Origin: Azolla caroliniana
Lineage: Eukaryota > Plantae > Polypodiophyta
Assembly (NCBI GenBank): GCA_043228905.1
Contig: JBHGNT010000007.1
Span: forward strand, 3,658,001-3,722,000
DNA length: 64,000 nucleotides
Reading direction: 5' to 3'
Made by a program: the position numbers and the translations under genes. Below the pieces are notes generated by a model. That model was given only the letters and a program-made list of their open reading frames with translations, searched no databases and was not told the origin of the DNA. Positions 26,140-37,245 of the stretch are shown piece by piece (the first letter of the stretch is position 1; each line of letters begins with the position of its first letter).

Positions 26140-29100
26140 GTCGACTATGAGTTGTAATTCACTTTCTTCGCTTCCCGCATCACCATGGTCTTCGTCCGAT
26201 TGCTCCTCGTTGTTGGCCTTGGCTTGGATCACATAGGGTTTGTCGTTGGTCCGCTTCTTGAAAATCTTCACCCGCTTCTCGGCTATAGGCACTCGTAGTA
26301 TTGTTCCATCCAACTTGGACAGTCAGTACGTTCCGTTGAAGACTTTCCGAACCTCGTATGGCCTGAACCACCTTTTCGCGAATTTCCGCATCGTTGTATG
26401 TTGATGGTCCAAACTACTGTCATAGACGATCACCCAATCTCCTTCTTCAATCCTCCTCGGTCGTAGTCGGTGCTTTGTGTCGAACCGACTTTTGTTCCGG
26501 AACCGTGCTTCTTGTTGTCGGCGTATTGCTTCCGCTATGTCTGCCGGTCTTCCCTCTAGTTGTCGTATCCGGACAGCTAGTAGTTCTTCCCGGCTCATCT
26601 TTTCCTTCCACGGTAGCACTGTCCATGTTGCGATCGCGGTTTCCGTCGGCATTACCGGTGCTTGTCCGGTCATGAGTTCTCCCGGCATGTAACCGGTTAC
26701 TGAGCTATGCGTCGTCCGATCCGCCCATAGTGCATACGGAAGCATCTGTGGCCAGTCCTTCACCTTTCCATCGCATGCCTTCGCATGTGCTTTCACGATC
26801 GGACTATGTCCACGTTCGATTTTCCCATTGGCCTCCGGATTGTATGCCGTTGTCAGCGATAACCGAACTCCGTGTTTGGCGAAGAATCCCCTAGCTTTGT
26901 CTGAGTCGAGTTCTCCCTGGTCCACAATCACTTGTCCTACGCACCCATACCTGCAAAATACTTCCTCCAAAAGAAATTGGCATACTGCGGAACACGTTTT
27001 CCTTTGAAGCGCTCGACCTTCTACTTGATTCGTGAGATCTTCCCGAGCTAATACCAAGTATTTCTTTTGTCCGATCCCGGTCGGCATGGCCACTATGTCG
27101 ACCATCCACTTGAAGTTGATTGTCGGTGAGAATGTCGGATGTAACTTATCTCGATGTCGAACCCCGGAGTAGACTTGACATTTCTCGCAGCTTTCCGTGA
27201 ACTCCGTGACATCTTTGTACATTTTCTTCCACCAATATTTTTGCTTGATCTTCACAAATGTTGCCCATGTTCCTCGGTGTCCAGCCCAATTGGATTCGTG
27301 AAACTCGGACATTATCCGGTTTCGTTGCTCTTTTGTCCCGACTACTCGAAGTGGTATACCATCCGGTCTTTTCGGCGCCCTCCATATTAATCCGTTTTCC
27401 AAGAAGAACTTTTGGACTTGCCGCTTCTTCCTTCGGATCTCGACTCTTCTTCCTTTATCGTTTGTTGAATCCTCGGCCTCTTGTAACATCTTTCCGATCA
27501 TCAAGCTTTCTCCCTCATATTCTTCTTCCCGGAATTCTCGGATTACGTTCACTCGGCATATGTGCTCCGACGCGAAGTAGTCTTCGGAAACTTCTTCATT
27601 ATCCGATTCAGTTATGTCATCTCCGAACCGAGCCCTTGATAACATATCTGCTACCGCGTTGTCCTTCCCCGAGATGTGTCGAACCTCCGGATTAAGCGAC
27701 TTGACATATGCAACCCACCTTAGCATAACTACATCCGGTATCGTACAACACCGCATCATCCCGAGTATCGGAAGACAATCCGTCTCGATCACCACTTCGA
27801 CTCTGATCAAATAATCCCAATCCGATTTTATCGCCGACACCACTCCCCACAGTTCTCTTTTGACTTGTGCATAGCCACGTTGCCTTTCGTTGAGAACCTT
27901 TGCTCCGAATCGGATCGGATACCGCGAACCATCCGAGTCGGCTTGATTGATGACCCACCCGATACCGGTTGGACTTGTATCAACCATTACTATGATCGGT
28001 CGGTCGTAGCTCGGCTTCTTAAGTGCTTCCGCCCTCCGAAGTGTCTTCTTCAATTTCTTCATGGCTGTGGTGTGTTCCGGTTTCCATTCGAATTTCTTAC
28101 CTTTCCGCAACAAGTGGTAGAGCGGGTCTGCTATATGTGCATAGTGTGGAATCCAGATGTGATAGAATGCACATGCACCGAGAAACCTTCGGACTTCGGA
28201 TGTTGACTCACATACTTCCTCCATAGCTTGAATCGCATCGATCTTTGTTGGTGACGGTCTTCGGCCGTAGGGCCCACATAGATGCCCGACCACCAATATT
28301 TCTTCTTGCCCGAATGCCGATTTCTCCCCGGAAAGTGTTAGGTGCACATCTTCTAGCTTTTGCAACACTTTCTCGCAATCATGAATATGGTCGACCACGA
28401 ACTTTCGGCATCCCCGATCATCCATAGTCTCATCTTTTTCTTCTACCGCGCATCCTTTCATCGGAATGTCATCGAGGAACGGCATCGTTATCTCCGGAAT
28501 GCAGTCTTGAAGCACCTTGTTCATCGCGTTCATCATATGAGCAACCGAGTTTGTCGCTCCTTGTGGTAGTGTGCACATTCAAACTAATCCTATCGGTGTT
28601 CGCATGGTTGTGATGTCTCGGCTCTCCATGGCTAGTTGGAATTGGTCATACCTCGAGTATAGGTCTTCGATGGAGTATATCGCATGACCGGCAAAAGCTT
28701 CCGCAAATTCGTCCACTATCGGACCAACTCCCGAGTTCCGGATCGTGACCTTATTCACCGGTTGCAAGTCTTGGATGAATCGGAGTGACCCATTCTTCTT
28801 CGGAACCGTAAACCATCGATTTGAGTATGGAGCAGTTGATGGCTCTAGAATCCCCATTGCCACCTTCTCCTTGAGCAAGTCAATGACTTTCGGAATATGC
28901 GCTCGCGGCACCGGAATCGGCTTCAGGTTCCACGGTACATGGTCAATCGTGAAGATCACCATCGGCTCCACCATTCTCGGATCGACGCACCCTATCTCCC
29001 TTGATGTAAATGCAAACGCTTTGCCGTGTTGCTCCAACATCTCGCGAAACCGTTCTTCTTCTTTTTGTAATAGGAACCCACCTCCACCGATCCGAAGTTT

Positions 29101-29637
29101 CTTCCGGGTCTCATCCGTGAAGGCATGTCCGATATCCACGGACTTCCGAAGTGTCGGATCTCCCGAGACTTCTTTCCTCTTTAGTTCGCTATCGGCGGGT
29201 AGTGGTCCCGCGGCCGGTTTCACCTTCTTCTCCACGGTCTTGTATTTCGTACTTACCATTGCTTCTTCTTTGCGGAGCGTATCCGGCTCCATTTTCGCAA
29301 TGATCTCGTACATCTCGACCGATTCCACCGGGACTACCCGGTTCCCTTGGCTTTTATCTTCCGCAAGCTCTTCAAGTCGTTGTAGCGTGCTCCCATAGAA
29401 CACTTCTTCGACTATCCCCACGATTTCTTCATCTTCTTTTATTATTGATGCCGACCGCAACTTATCCTCCACTTGTCGGTATCCTTTCTTCAATCCTCCG
29501 GTTACGGTCGTGTACGTAGATGCCCCATCCGGACCGATTCGTACATGTTTTGCTCCGAGAGTTTTCTTCCTGTGTGGGGTATCAGGGCTTCTCGGACTAT
29601 CACTTCCCCACTCCGCAACGGTCCACTTTAAAAATCC
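26140..29637 (-). pseudogene. pol: C pol (RT-RNase H-integrase)
   Basis: ORFs 28579-29493 and 26323-28578 share a frame across one stop. PFLDDIPMKG and HESNWAGHRG motifs. C-terminal frameshift. Confidence 0.93.
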
Positions 29638-31343
29638 ATTCTCACTTGGGACAAGAGTTCCCTCTTGTTCCTTTCGTGATTTGCCGGCACCGTTAGGAAT
29701 TGGACGGATTTCCCACCATTTTGGCTCCGAATTCGCGCAAAAGCCGCACCGCTATCGAGCACCTTCATCTGCATCCGTGATGCCGTGATAAAGGGTTGGC
29801 CGAGGATGATGGAATGTGAAACCTCATCTTGCACGAAGAAATTTTGGTTGATCTCGACATCTCCGATCTTCACCGTCACATCCGGACAAGCCGCAAATAG
29901 ATCTTCCGTTGCTTTGGTGGCCGCCCGAATCTTCCATCCATGGTTGGTGTTAATAGGCCACTTCCCCTTCCGGTAGAACTCCTTGGACATCAAGTTGATC
30001 TCTGATCCATGATCAATCAATGCTAGCACAGGTTCTTTGATGTTGCCGATTCAGACTGGAGTCTCCGTAGTCGCGCGTGCCCAATGTGGCCTTGTATAGT
30101 GGGAGTTCGGAATTTCGTTCTCCACTTCGGTGTCGTTCATTAAAACGGTGTTCGCATTCACCCTTGGAGCATTTTCCTCCGTACTTTGTCTTTTTCACTT
30201 CACGAGATCCTTCTTTGCTATTCCGAGTAGCTCTCGAAGCGAGAAATCTACCCGGCTATCCAAGATTCTTTCCTCGAACACTCTTTTCAAGTCGGTTTGT
30301 TGTTCTATGTCCGAGGCGAGCTTGAATGCGGGAGTCACCTTTTCTTTTCCCTTACCTCCGGAGTTCCAGCTTTCCAGTATCTTCAATGGCCCAGCCGCAT
30401 CCTCCGTGCGTTGTCGTTTCTCGTCCACATACACCTTATGCAATTGACATAGGGCGTATACGCTATTCTTGTCGACAGGGCACTCCCATCCCGTAGCTTC
30501 CCGGACGCCTTCCGCGGTGCTTCAGATCTCGTTGGAGTCGGTTTTCTCGGTGTTTTCTAGAACTTCCGGCCAAAAAGACGTCTTTGCTCTCGATGACTCC
30601 CCGACACATATTCCCGCGGTTGTCGCATAGTTGCTTCTTGTTGCCAATTCCTCCTCGAGCACCTTCTTCATGCCGCCTTTCCGGAAGTTCGGTCGGAGTG
30701 GCTTCTGAGAGTCCATCGAATGAATCTGGTTTCCCTCGTAGTAGATGAGATCCCGCCGTAGCGCCTCCTTATGCTCGTCGCAATCCCTCCGATCGTGTTC
30801 GGCGCTATCGCACCATATGCACCGTCGGTCCGTATACTTGGAGCTTGTGGGGCGATCATCTGACTTCTTCACCATCGCGATCTTCAGATTCTCCATCTCC
30901 TTCAATAGTTGCTCCACCGTAGATGCATCAATCCCCTTCTCGGTTGTAGTCTCCCAAGCCCTCGGTTGATGGTCTTCCAATCCGGTTCTCGGTTTCGGAA
31001 TCGGTTCTGAAACCCTCTTTTCCTCGTTGGCAAGCCATTGCCCCCTCTTCGTGTATCGCGCGATGATGACCCGCATGCTTTCCCATGTTTCGGTGAGGCC
31101 ACTCTCCGTGGTCGTGTCCTCCAAGAGCACTCCGAGATCTTTCCGGTCCCAAACGTCCACGGCTCGCAAGAACATGATCACCTTGTCCGGTACGAGGATA
31201 GCTTGATCTCTCGTGGACAACCTCCCGAACCGGCTTTCGAATGCCGAAAACACATCAACGACCTTCAATCCCTTGTCCGGCGTCTCCACCCAATCTTTGA
31301 ATCCCCTTCGCGTCGCCTTGGAGGAATCCTCGATGGCGAACGT
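29628..31343 (-). pseudogene. gag: C gag-protease, 3' part (5' part at 44141-44452)
   Basis: CIWCDSAEHDRRDC knuckle and ALIDHGSEIN protease. Frame rejoins across D's TSD. Confidence 0.9.
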
Positions 31344-32087
31344 TGTCGTGAAGAAAACCGCCCACAAGGGGAATCGGAGGAACAAGGTGTGGGAAAACGG
31401 CTCTACACGCACACGCGCGCCAAGAAGTACCTAAGGACGAAGTAGGTACATACGAGGATCCTAGGTGGGTAGATTCGGTTGGTATGCAGTTAATGCCAAA
31501 CGGCCTCTTGACGGGATATAAAAAGGAAGAGGAAGAATAGAAGAAAGGGGGATCTCGGGCGGAGAGGACAAAGTGCTGCCGAACCGATTTCGAAGCTCCT
31601 CTCTCACTCCTGCTTTCTCTGTCTTCCGCTCCATCGCGTACCTGTGCAGGTTTCGAGGAGGCTTGCGCTGTTCCGTGGAACGCCCCGAGTGCGTCCTGCA
31701 GCACCTCCGACCTGTTTTCCCTTTCTGTGCGTCGCGTCATACAGGGGTCGGCATCTGACCGACGCCCTGTACGTTTTCGTTAGTATCTATTCCGTGCCCC
31801 ACCGTGGGTTGTAATACTTTAGTCTGTTATTTTCTTGCATTCGTAAGTACATATCTTTCGTTGTTGCGTCCATCTGCGTCGGCGTTTATTTGTGATCTCT
31901 GTTTGTTGGGCCGTGTCCCTGTGCAATCTTCGGTTCTGTGTAATCGGGTCTCTCTCTCCTTCTCCTCTCTCTCTCTTGCTCTTCGGTCCAAGACCCCCGT
32001 GGTCCCTCCTCCTTTCTGCACGCAAGGGCGTAGCAACCCCGACATCTTGGTGAACCCGACGTGAAGGAGGCGGCAGAAGAGCAGGAA

Positions 32088-34214
32088 ATGAGGGGGTCGG
32101 ATCTCGCAGAGGCCATGGCTTCGGCCGTGGATCGGATTGTAAACGCGCGCGAGAGCACCGGTGCCCTCGACAGAGCTATTGAGGCGGTCGTCGGCACGAT
32201 CGGCCGGTTCGATGGGAAGGATGCCACGAAGTATTTGGCATCCTACGGTGCAGAGATGCTGATGCGGGACATTCCGGAAGAAAGGCGTCTTGCCGGATTT
32301 CCCCGAGTAGCGATGCCGAGCATCCATGCGGAGGTGCTCGAGGTGCGGACGGAGAGCCGTACCTGGGAGGAGTTCGAAGGTCGGCTCCTAGAGAAATACG
32401 GGCTGGACGACGCGCTCCGGCTTTCGAAGCGAAGGTTCATGGAATGGGTGGAGTCCCCGGGGAAGGGAAGAAACGCGTCGGCGCTCCTCCGGGAGTTCGA
32501 GGAAAACTTTGCGCGCCTTTCGGCGCTTGACCGAACCATCCTGGACACGAGCCGGGTCTTGCTGTTTGTCAAGTCGGTCGACGAGCGGGATCGGGAGCAA
32601 GTGGGCTTCTTGCTGGAAACCGAAGACGGGCTCACTACCGACTGGGCGGCTGTCAGGAAGGTCTGTGGCCGTTTCGACAAACGGCGAGAATGGGCGGATA
32701 ACGGGGCGACCGGGTCGGGCTCGGTCGCAGCAAGGAAGCTCGAACCAGCGCCACAGGTGCGCAAAGAAGAGACCCGGGAGTGGTTGGAAACCGGTTCGGC
32801 TTCGACCGGCGTAGTCAGAGGCTCAACCGGAGGAGCGGCGCTGGAAGAATTGACGAAGGCGATAAAGGACCTCCAAATCGCACAGGCCCGAAGGGAAGGA
32901 GGCGAACCGGCTCGTGACCGACGGCCGGCGGCAGGAAACAGGTGCATGTGGTGCGATGAAGTCGGCCACATTCGGAAGGACTGCGGCGACTTCGCGGAGG
33001 CGCTGAGGAACAGGGTGGTGTACCTGTGGGAAGGACGGGTGCATGCCAGCGACACCCGAAGGGCCCTGAGCCGAAACGACGGAAAAGGCGGTATGAAAAG
33101 GGTGATGGAAGAGGCGGCGGCCCGACACGCGGAAACCGTCCACTACTCGGCGTCGGCCGGCATTCGAGTCGGGGGTTGCGAGGCCCGAAGGGAAAGCAAA
33201 GCCGGATTCTGGCCGACGATGCTGGAAGGCCTTGCCGGTGCAAGGCTTAAAGGGGAGGAATCGGACCGTGCGGAGAAACGGGTACGGGAGATGACCGGGT
33301 GGAGCGACCCGGTCGAGGAAAGGACGGGCTTCGTGGAAGCCGCTTGCCAGAACTACGAGGCTCTAGTAGAAGAGAAGCGGGTGGGGAGACCCGGGACGAC
33401 CGGGCCCTCACAACGATACGAGACCCGGTCCGGGCCACGACGGGACGAAGCCGGCGGGGCCGGTACGCAAGATAAACCCCAGAAGGGCGGGTACCGTCTG
33501 GGGACGGAGATAGAAAGGACCACGGACTTACGAAAGGTCCTGGAGGAACGGATCCTCGACAGCAAGGTGGAGCTGTCGTTACGAGAGGTGCTGGGGATCG
33601 CCAAGAAGGAGTTCCACGACTCCATCGTGGACTTGGTGAAACGGAAGAGGCTGTCGACGGAGACAGAACCGGAAAGACCGGTGGAAGTGCGGACGACGCA
33701 CCTAGACGACATGGCGCTGGGGGACGAGTGGGCGGAAAGCCACTATTCGAGACCACACTGGGCCCGAGCGACCACGGAAACCCCGATGAAGATCGGCGAT
33801 GTCCGGGAACCGGTGATAGCTTTGGTGGACCACGGATCGGAGATCAATTTGATGTCCATGGACTTCTATAAGAAGGGCAAATGGCCGATCAACACCAAGC
33901 ACGGGTGGAAAATAAAGGCAGCAACGCGCGCCACCGAGGAACTGCACGGGGCCTGTCCGAATGTGCGGGTCAAGATTGGCGACGTCGAGATTGACCAACA
34001 CTTCTTCGTGCAGGAGACGTCTTCGCACCCGGTCATTCTGGGAGAACCGTACATTACGGCGGCGCGGATGGAGACCAAAGTGCTGGACAATGGTTCGGCC
34101 TACGCGAGGGTCAAAAGCCAAGACGGGCGCCATTCGGTCCAGTTTCTGACGGTAAGGCCGAACCACGAACGTAACCGCGATTCCCTCGGTTCCGAAAACC
34201 GAGAGGATTTTTAG
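32088..34214 (+). CDS. gag: D Gag-protease polyprotein (intact ORF1)
   Basis: ATG 32088 (MRGSDLAEAM, matching element H). CMWCDEVGHIRKDC knuckle and ALVDHGSEIN protease. Ends EDF-stop at the slippery site. Confidence 0.92.
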   Translation: MRGSDLAEAMASAVDRIVNARESTGALDRAIEAVVGTIGRFDGKDATKYLASYGAEMLMRDIPEERRLAGFPRVAMPSIHAEVLEVRTESRTWEEFEGRLLEKYGLDDALRLSKRRFMEWVESPGKGRNASALLREFEENFARLSALDRTILDTSRVLLFVKSVDERDREQVGFLLETEDGLTTDWAAVRKVCGRFDKRREWADNGATGSGSVAARKLEPAPQVRKEETREWLETGSASTGVVRGSTGGAALEELTKAIKDLQIAQARREGGEPARDRRPAAGNRCMWCDEVGHIRKDCGDFAEALRNRVVYLWEGRVHASDTRRALSRNDGKGGMKRVMEEAAARHAETVHYSASAGIRVGGCEARRESKAGFWPTMLEGLAGARLKGEESDRAEKRVREMTGWSDPVEERTGFVEAACQNYEALVEEKRVGRPGTTGPSQRYETRSGPRRDEAGGAGTQDKPQKGGYRLGTEIERTTDLRKVLEERILDSKVELSLREVLGIAKKEFHDSIVDLVKRKRLSTETEPERPVEVRTTHLDDMALGDEWAESHYSRPHWARATTETPMKIGDVREPVIALVDHGSEINLMSMDFYKKGKWPINTKHGWKIKAATRATEELHGACPNVRVKIGDVEIDQHFFVQETSSHPVILGEPYITAARMETKVLDNGSAYARVKSQDGRHSVQFLTVRPNHERNRDSLGSENREDF

Positions 34215-36809
34215 AGAGGACTGCCAAGGCGTGGGGCCGCGACAGTCCGGACACCCCGGGAAAACCCCATACCTGTACGATAAAACCGAAGAAACCTTGT
34301 ACCATAGGTAGGGAATTTTTGTTCTCCGACAGCGGAGCGTGTACGATAGTCGGCATCGGCGGCCGAGAGAAGACAAAAGCGGAGGGGAGACTTCGAGCGT
34401 GCGGAGTTCTCGGCCCTGACGAGGAAATCAACGGAGCCGTGGAGGCGGTCTCATTCGACGACACCTTGGGAATGCTGGGAAAGGTAGTCGAAGAAGGCCT
34501 TAACGAAGACCGGACGATACCGGTGTGTTCCGAGGAGATGTACGGAGTCATCGCGGACTTCGGTCGAGGGCTCGAGTCAGTTCGGACGGCCCACGTAAGC
34601 ACCAAGTACAAGACTGTGGACCGGAAGGTAAGGCCAGTCGCGGCACCCCTACCGGAGGACAGCGCGTCGAGAATCAAAGGGGTTGCATCGGACCCTAGTC
34701 TACGAGATCCGGCCTGCATAGGACACACCTTCACCGACGAGACGCTCCGAGAGCTCAAAATCGGTGGGGGCGGGTTCCTACTGCCGGCGGAGGAAGACCG
34801 GTTTCGGAGAATGCTCGGAAGGCACGGGAAAGCCTTCGCATTCTCGCCGGAGGAAATCGGGTGCGTTGACCCGACGATCGTGGAGCCGATGGTGATATTC
34901 ACGGTACCGCATGTACCATGGAATCTCAAGCCAATCCCGGTTCCGAGAGCTCACATCCCGAAGTTGATGGAGCTGCTGAGGCAGAAAGTTGATATGGGAA
35001 TTCTCGAGCCGTCGAGCGCCCCATATTCGAATCGATGGTTTACCGTACCGAAGAAAAACGGTTCGTTGCGCTTCATCCAGGACCTGCAGCCGGTCAATCG
35101 AGTGACGATTCGGAACGCAGGGATCGGACCGACCATAGACGAGTTCGCGGAGGCCTTCGCCGGAAGGTCAATTTACTCGGTCGGGGATCTATACTCAGGG
35201 TACGACCAGTTCCAGCTAGCCGTGGAGAGCAGAGACATTACGACGATGCGAACTCCCCTCGGCCTAGTTCGGATGTGTACACTGCCGCAAGGAGGGACCA
35301 ACTCGGTGGCCCACATGGTGAATGCGATGAACAAGGTTCTGAGGGACTGTATCCCGGACATCACCATGCCGTTCCTGGACGACATCCCGATCAAGGGATG
35401 CCCGGTGGAAAAAAAGGACGAGACGATCGGCCCGGACGGATGCCGGCGATTCGTGGTAACGCACATCGACGACTGCGAGAAGGTGCTACAAAGGCTAGAG
35501 GATGCGAGGCTCACCTTCTCGGGGGAGAAGTCAGCATTCGGGCAGTCGGAAATCATGGTGGTCGGACATTTATGTGGACCATATGGCCGGAAACCGTCTC
35601 CGGCAAAGATAGAAGCCATCTCCGCGATGAAGCCCGACTGCAGCTCGGTCACGGAAGTACGGAGATTCCTGGGGGCATGCGCGTTCTACCACATATGGAT
35701 CCCGCATTACGCGCACGTCGCTGAGCCACTGTACGGGTTGCTGAAAAAGGGGCGAAGGTTCGAATGGCTAGACGAGCACGCGGAATCGGTCCGGAAGCTG
35801 AAAGAGGCTCTTGCAGCGGCACCGGCACTTCGGAAGGCGGTATACGGGAAGGGTACCCCGGTATTCATAACGGTGGATACCAGTCCGACCGGGATCGGAT
35901 GGGTCGTGAACCAGGAAGACGAGGACGGCAATCGGTTTCCGATCCGATTCGGCGCGAAAGTCCTCAGTGAACGGCAGCGAGGATACGCCCAGGTTAAACG
36001 CGAACTCTGGGGTATTGTTTCGGCGGTTAAGGCCGACAAAGACTACCTGATAGGGACAGAAGTGATCATCGAGACGGATTGCCTGCCGATTCTCGGTATG
36101 GTTTCCGGATGCGCGACTCCGGACCTGGCGATGCTCAGGTGGATAGCGTACATCAAGTCCCTGGACCCGGAAATACGACACATTTCCGGGAAAGACAACG
36201 CCATGGCCGACATGCTTTCGAGGGCGAGGTTCGACGACGAGGGCGGCATGGTTTCGGAAGACGAAGAAGTCGGCGTGGATTTCTTCGAGGCAGCATACGT
36301 AACGACCGACGGGATGAGCACTCCGGCGCTTAACGAGTTCGACGCAAGCAAGTACGACGGGGAGTGGCTGCAGATCGGCGGGTTTTTGAAGACAATGACG
36401 CCCGATGCGTCATGGACGAAAGACGAGGCCAACCGGATCCGGAAGAAAGCGTACCGGTTCTTTCTCCGGGACGGATACTTGTGGAAGCACCCGAAGAAGA
36501 GGGACGACGCTCCGCTCCGGGTGGTGGCGATGAAGGAAGAACAGGAGGAGCTGCTGACGGCCTACCACGACAGCCCTTGGGCTGGACACCGTGGGACATG
36601 GGCTACGTTTGAGAAACTGAAGGGGAAGTATTGGTGGCCGGGGTAGTACCGGGACGTGCATCGGTTCGTGACAACTTGCGAGAGCTGTCAGATGCACTCC
36701 ATAGTCTGACATCGGGACGAGCTTCACCCCACGTACCCTCCGACCATCCACTTCAAATGGATGGTAGATCTGGTGACGATGCCAATGGGGGTAGGACAGA
36801 TGCGGTACC
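34205..36809 (+). pseudogene. pol: D pol (RT-RNase H-integrase N-terminus) in the -1 frame
   Basis: Frame is open from 34205 to 36643, with stops at 36644-36646 and 36707-36709. Cut by G and continues at 42470-43367. Confidence 0.92.
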
Positions 36810-37245
36810 TGTCAGGAATAGTACTAAAACAGAGATGGAATTAGTACTAAGAAGAGTAGTACTATTAGTACTAAGAGGACGGGACTGCGTAAGATTCCCG
36901 AGAGAGAGGAAGTGAGAAGAGGAGAGAGAGAGAGGGAAATAGGATGATGACAACAGCTCTTATATTATATGAAAGATAAGTACAAATCGACTAAGAGGCT
37001 TAAGACTGGTGTTGAACCAATTTGGTTCAAAACAATGCCTTGTGCCTCCTTTTATAGTGTTTTTAGGAATAATCCTGAAGCTTCTAGAATGTTCCAGAGA
37101 GATCTGGAATATACATCAATTTTCTATGATAAAGTATAAATGAAAATAATATCCTACAAAATACAATTCATAATCTAATGGTAAGAGCTCGACCCATGTA
37201 GCATAAAGTCATGGGTTCGAGTCTTGCCATGACACTATCTCCCCC

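Noticed and set aside
31255-32327. ORFs repeated at 31.3-32.0 kb and 43.3-44.2 kb as duplicated genes
   Set aside because: They are the two LTRs of D.
32243-36751. Antisense ORFs in D as extra or env-like genes
   Set aside because: Expected in GC-rich coding DNA and not conserved in B or C. No env-sized ORF lies between integrase and PPT.
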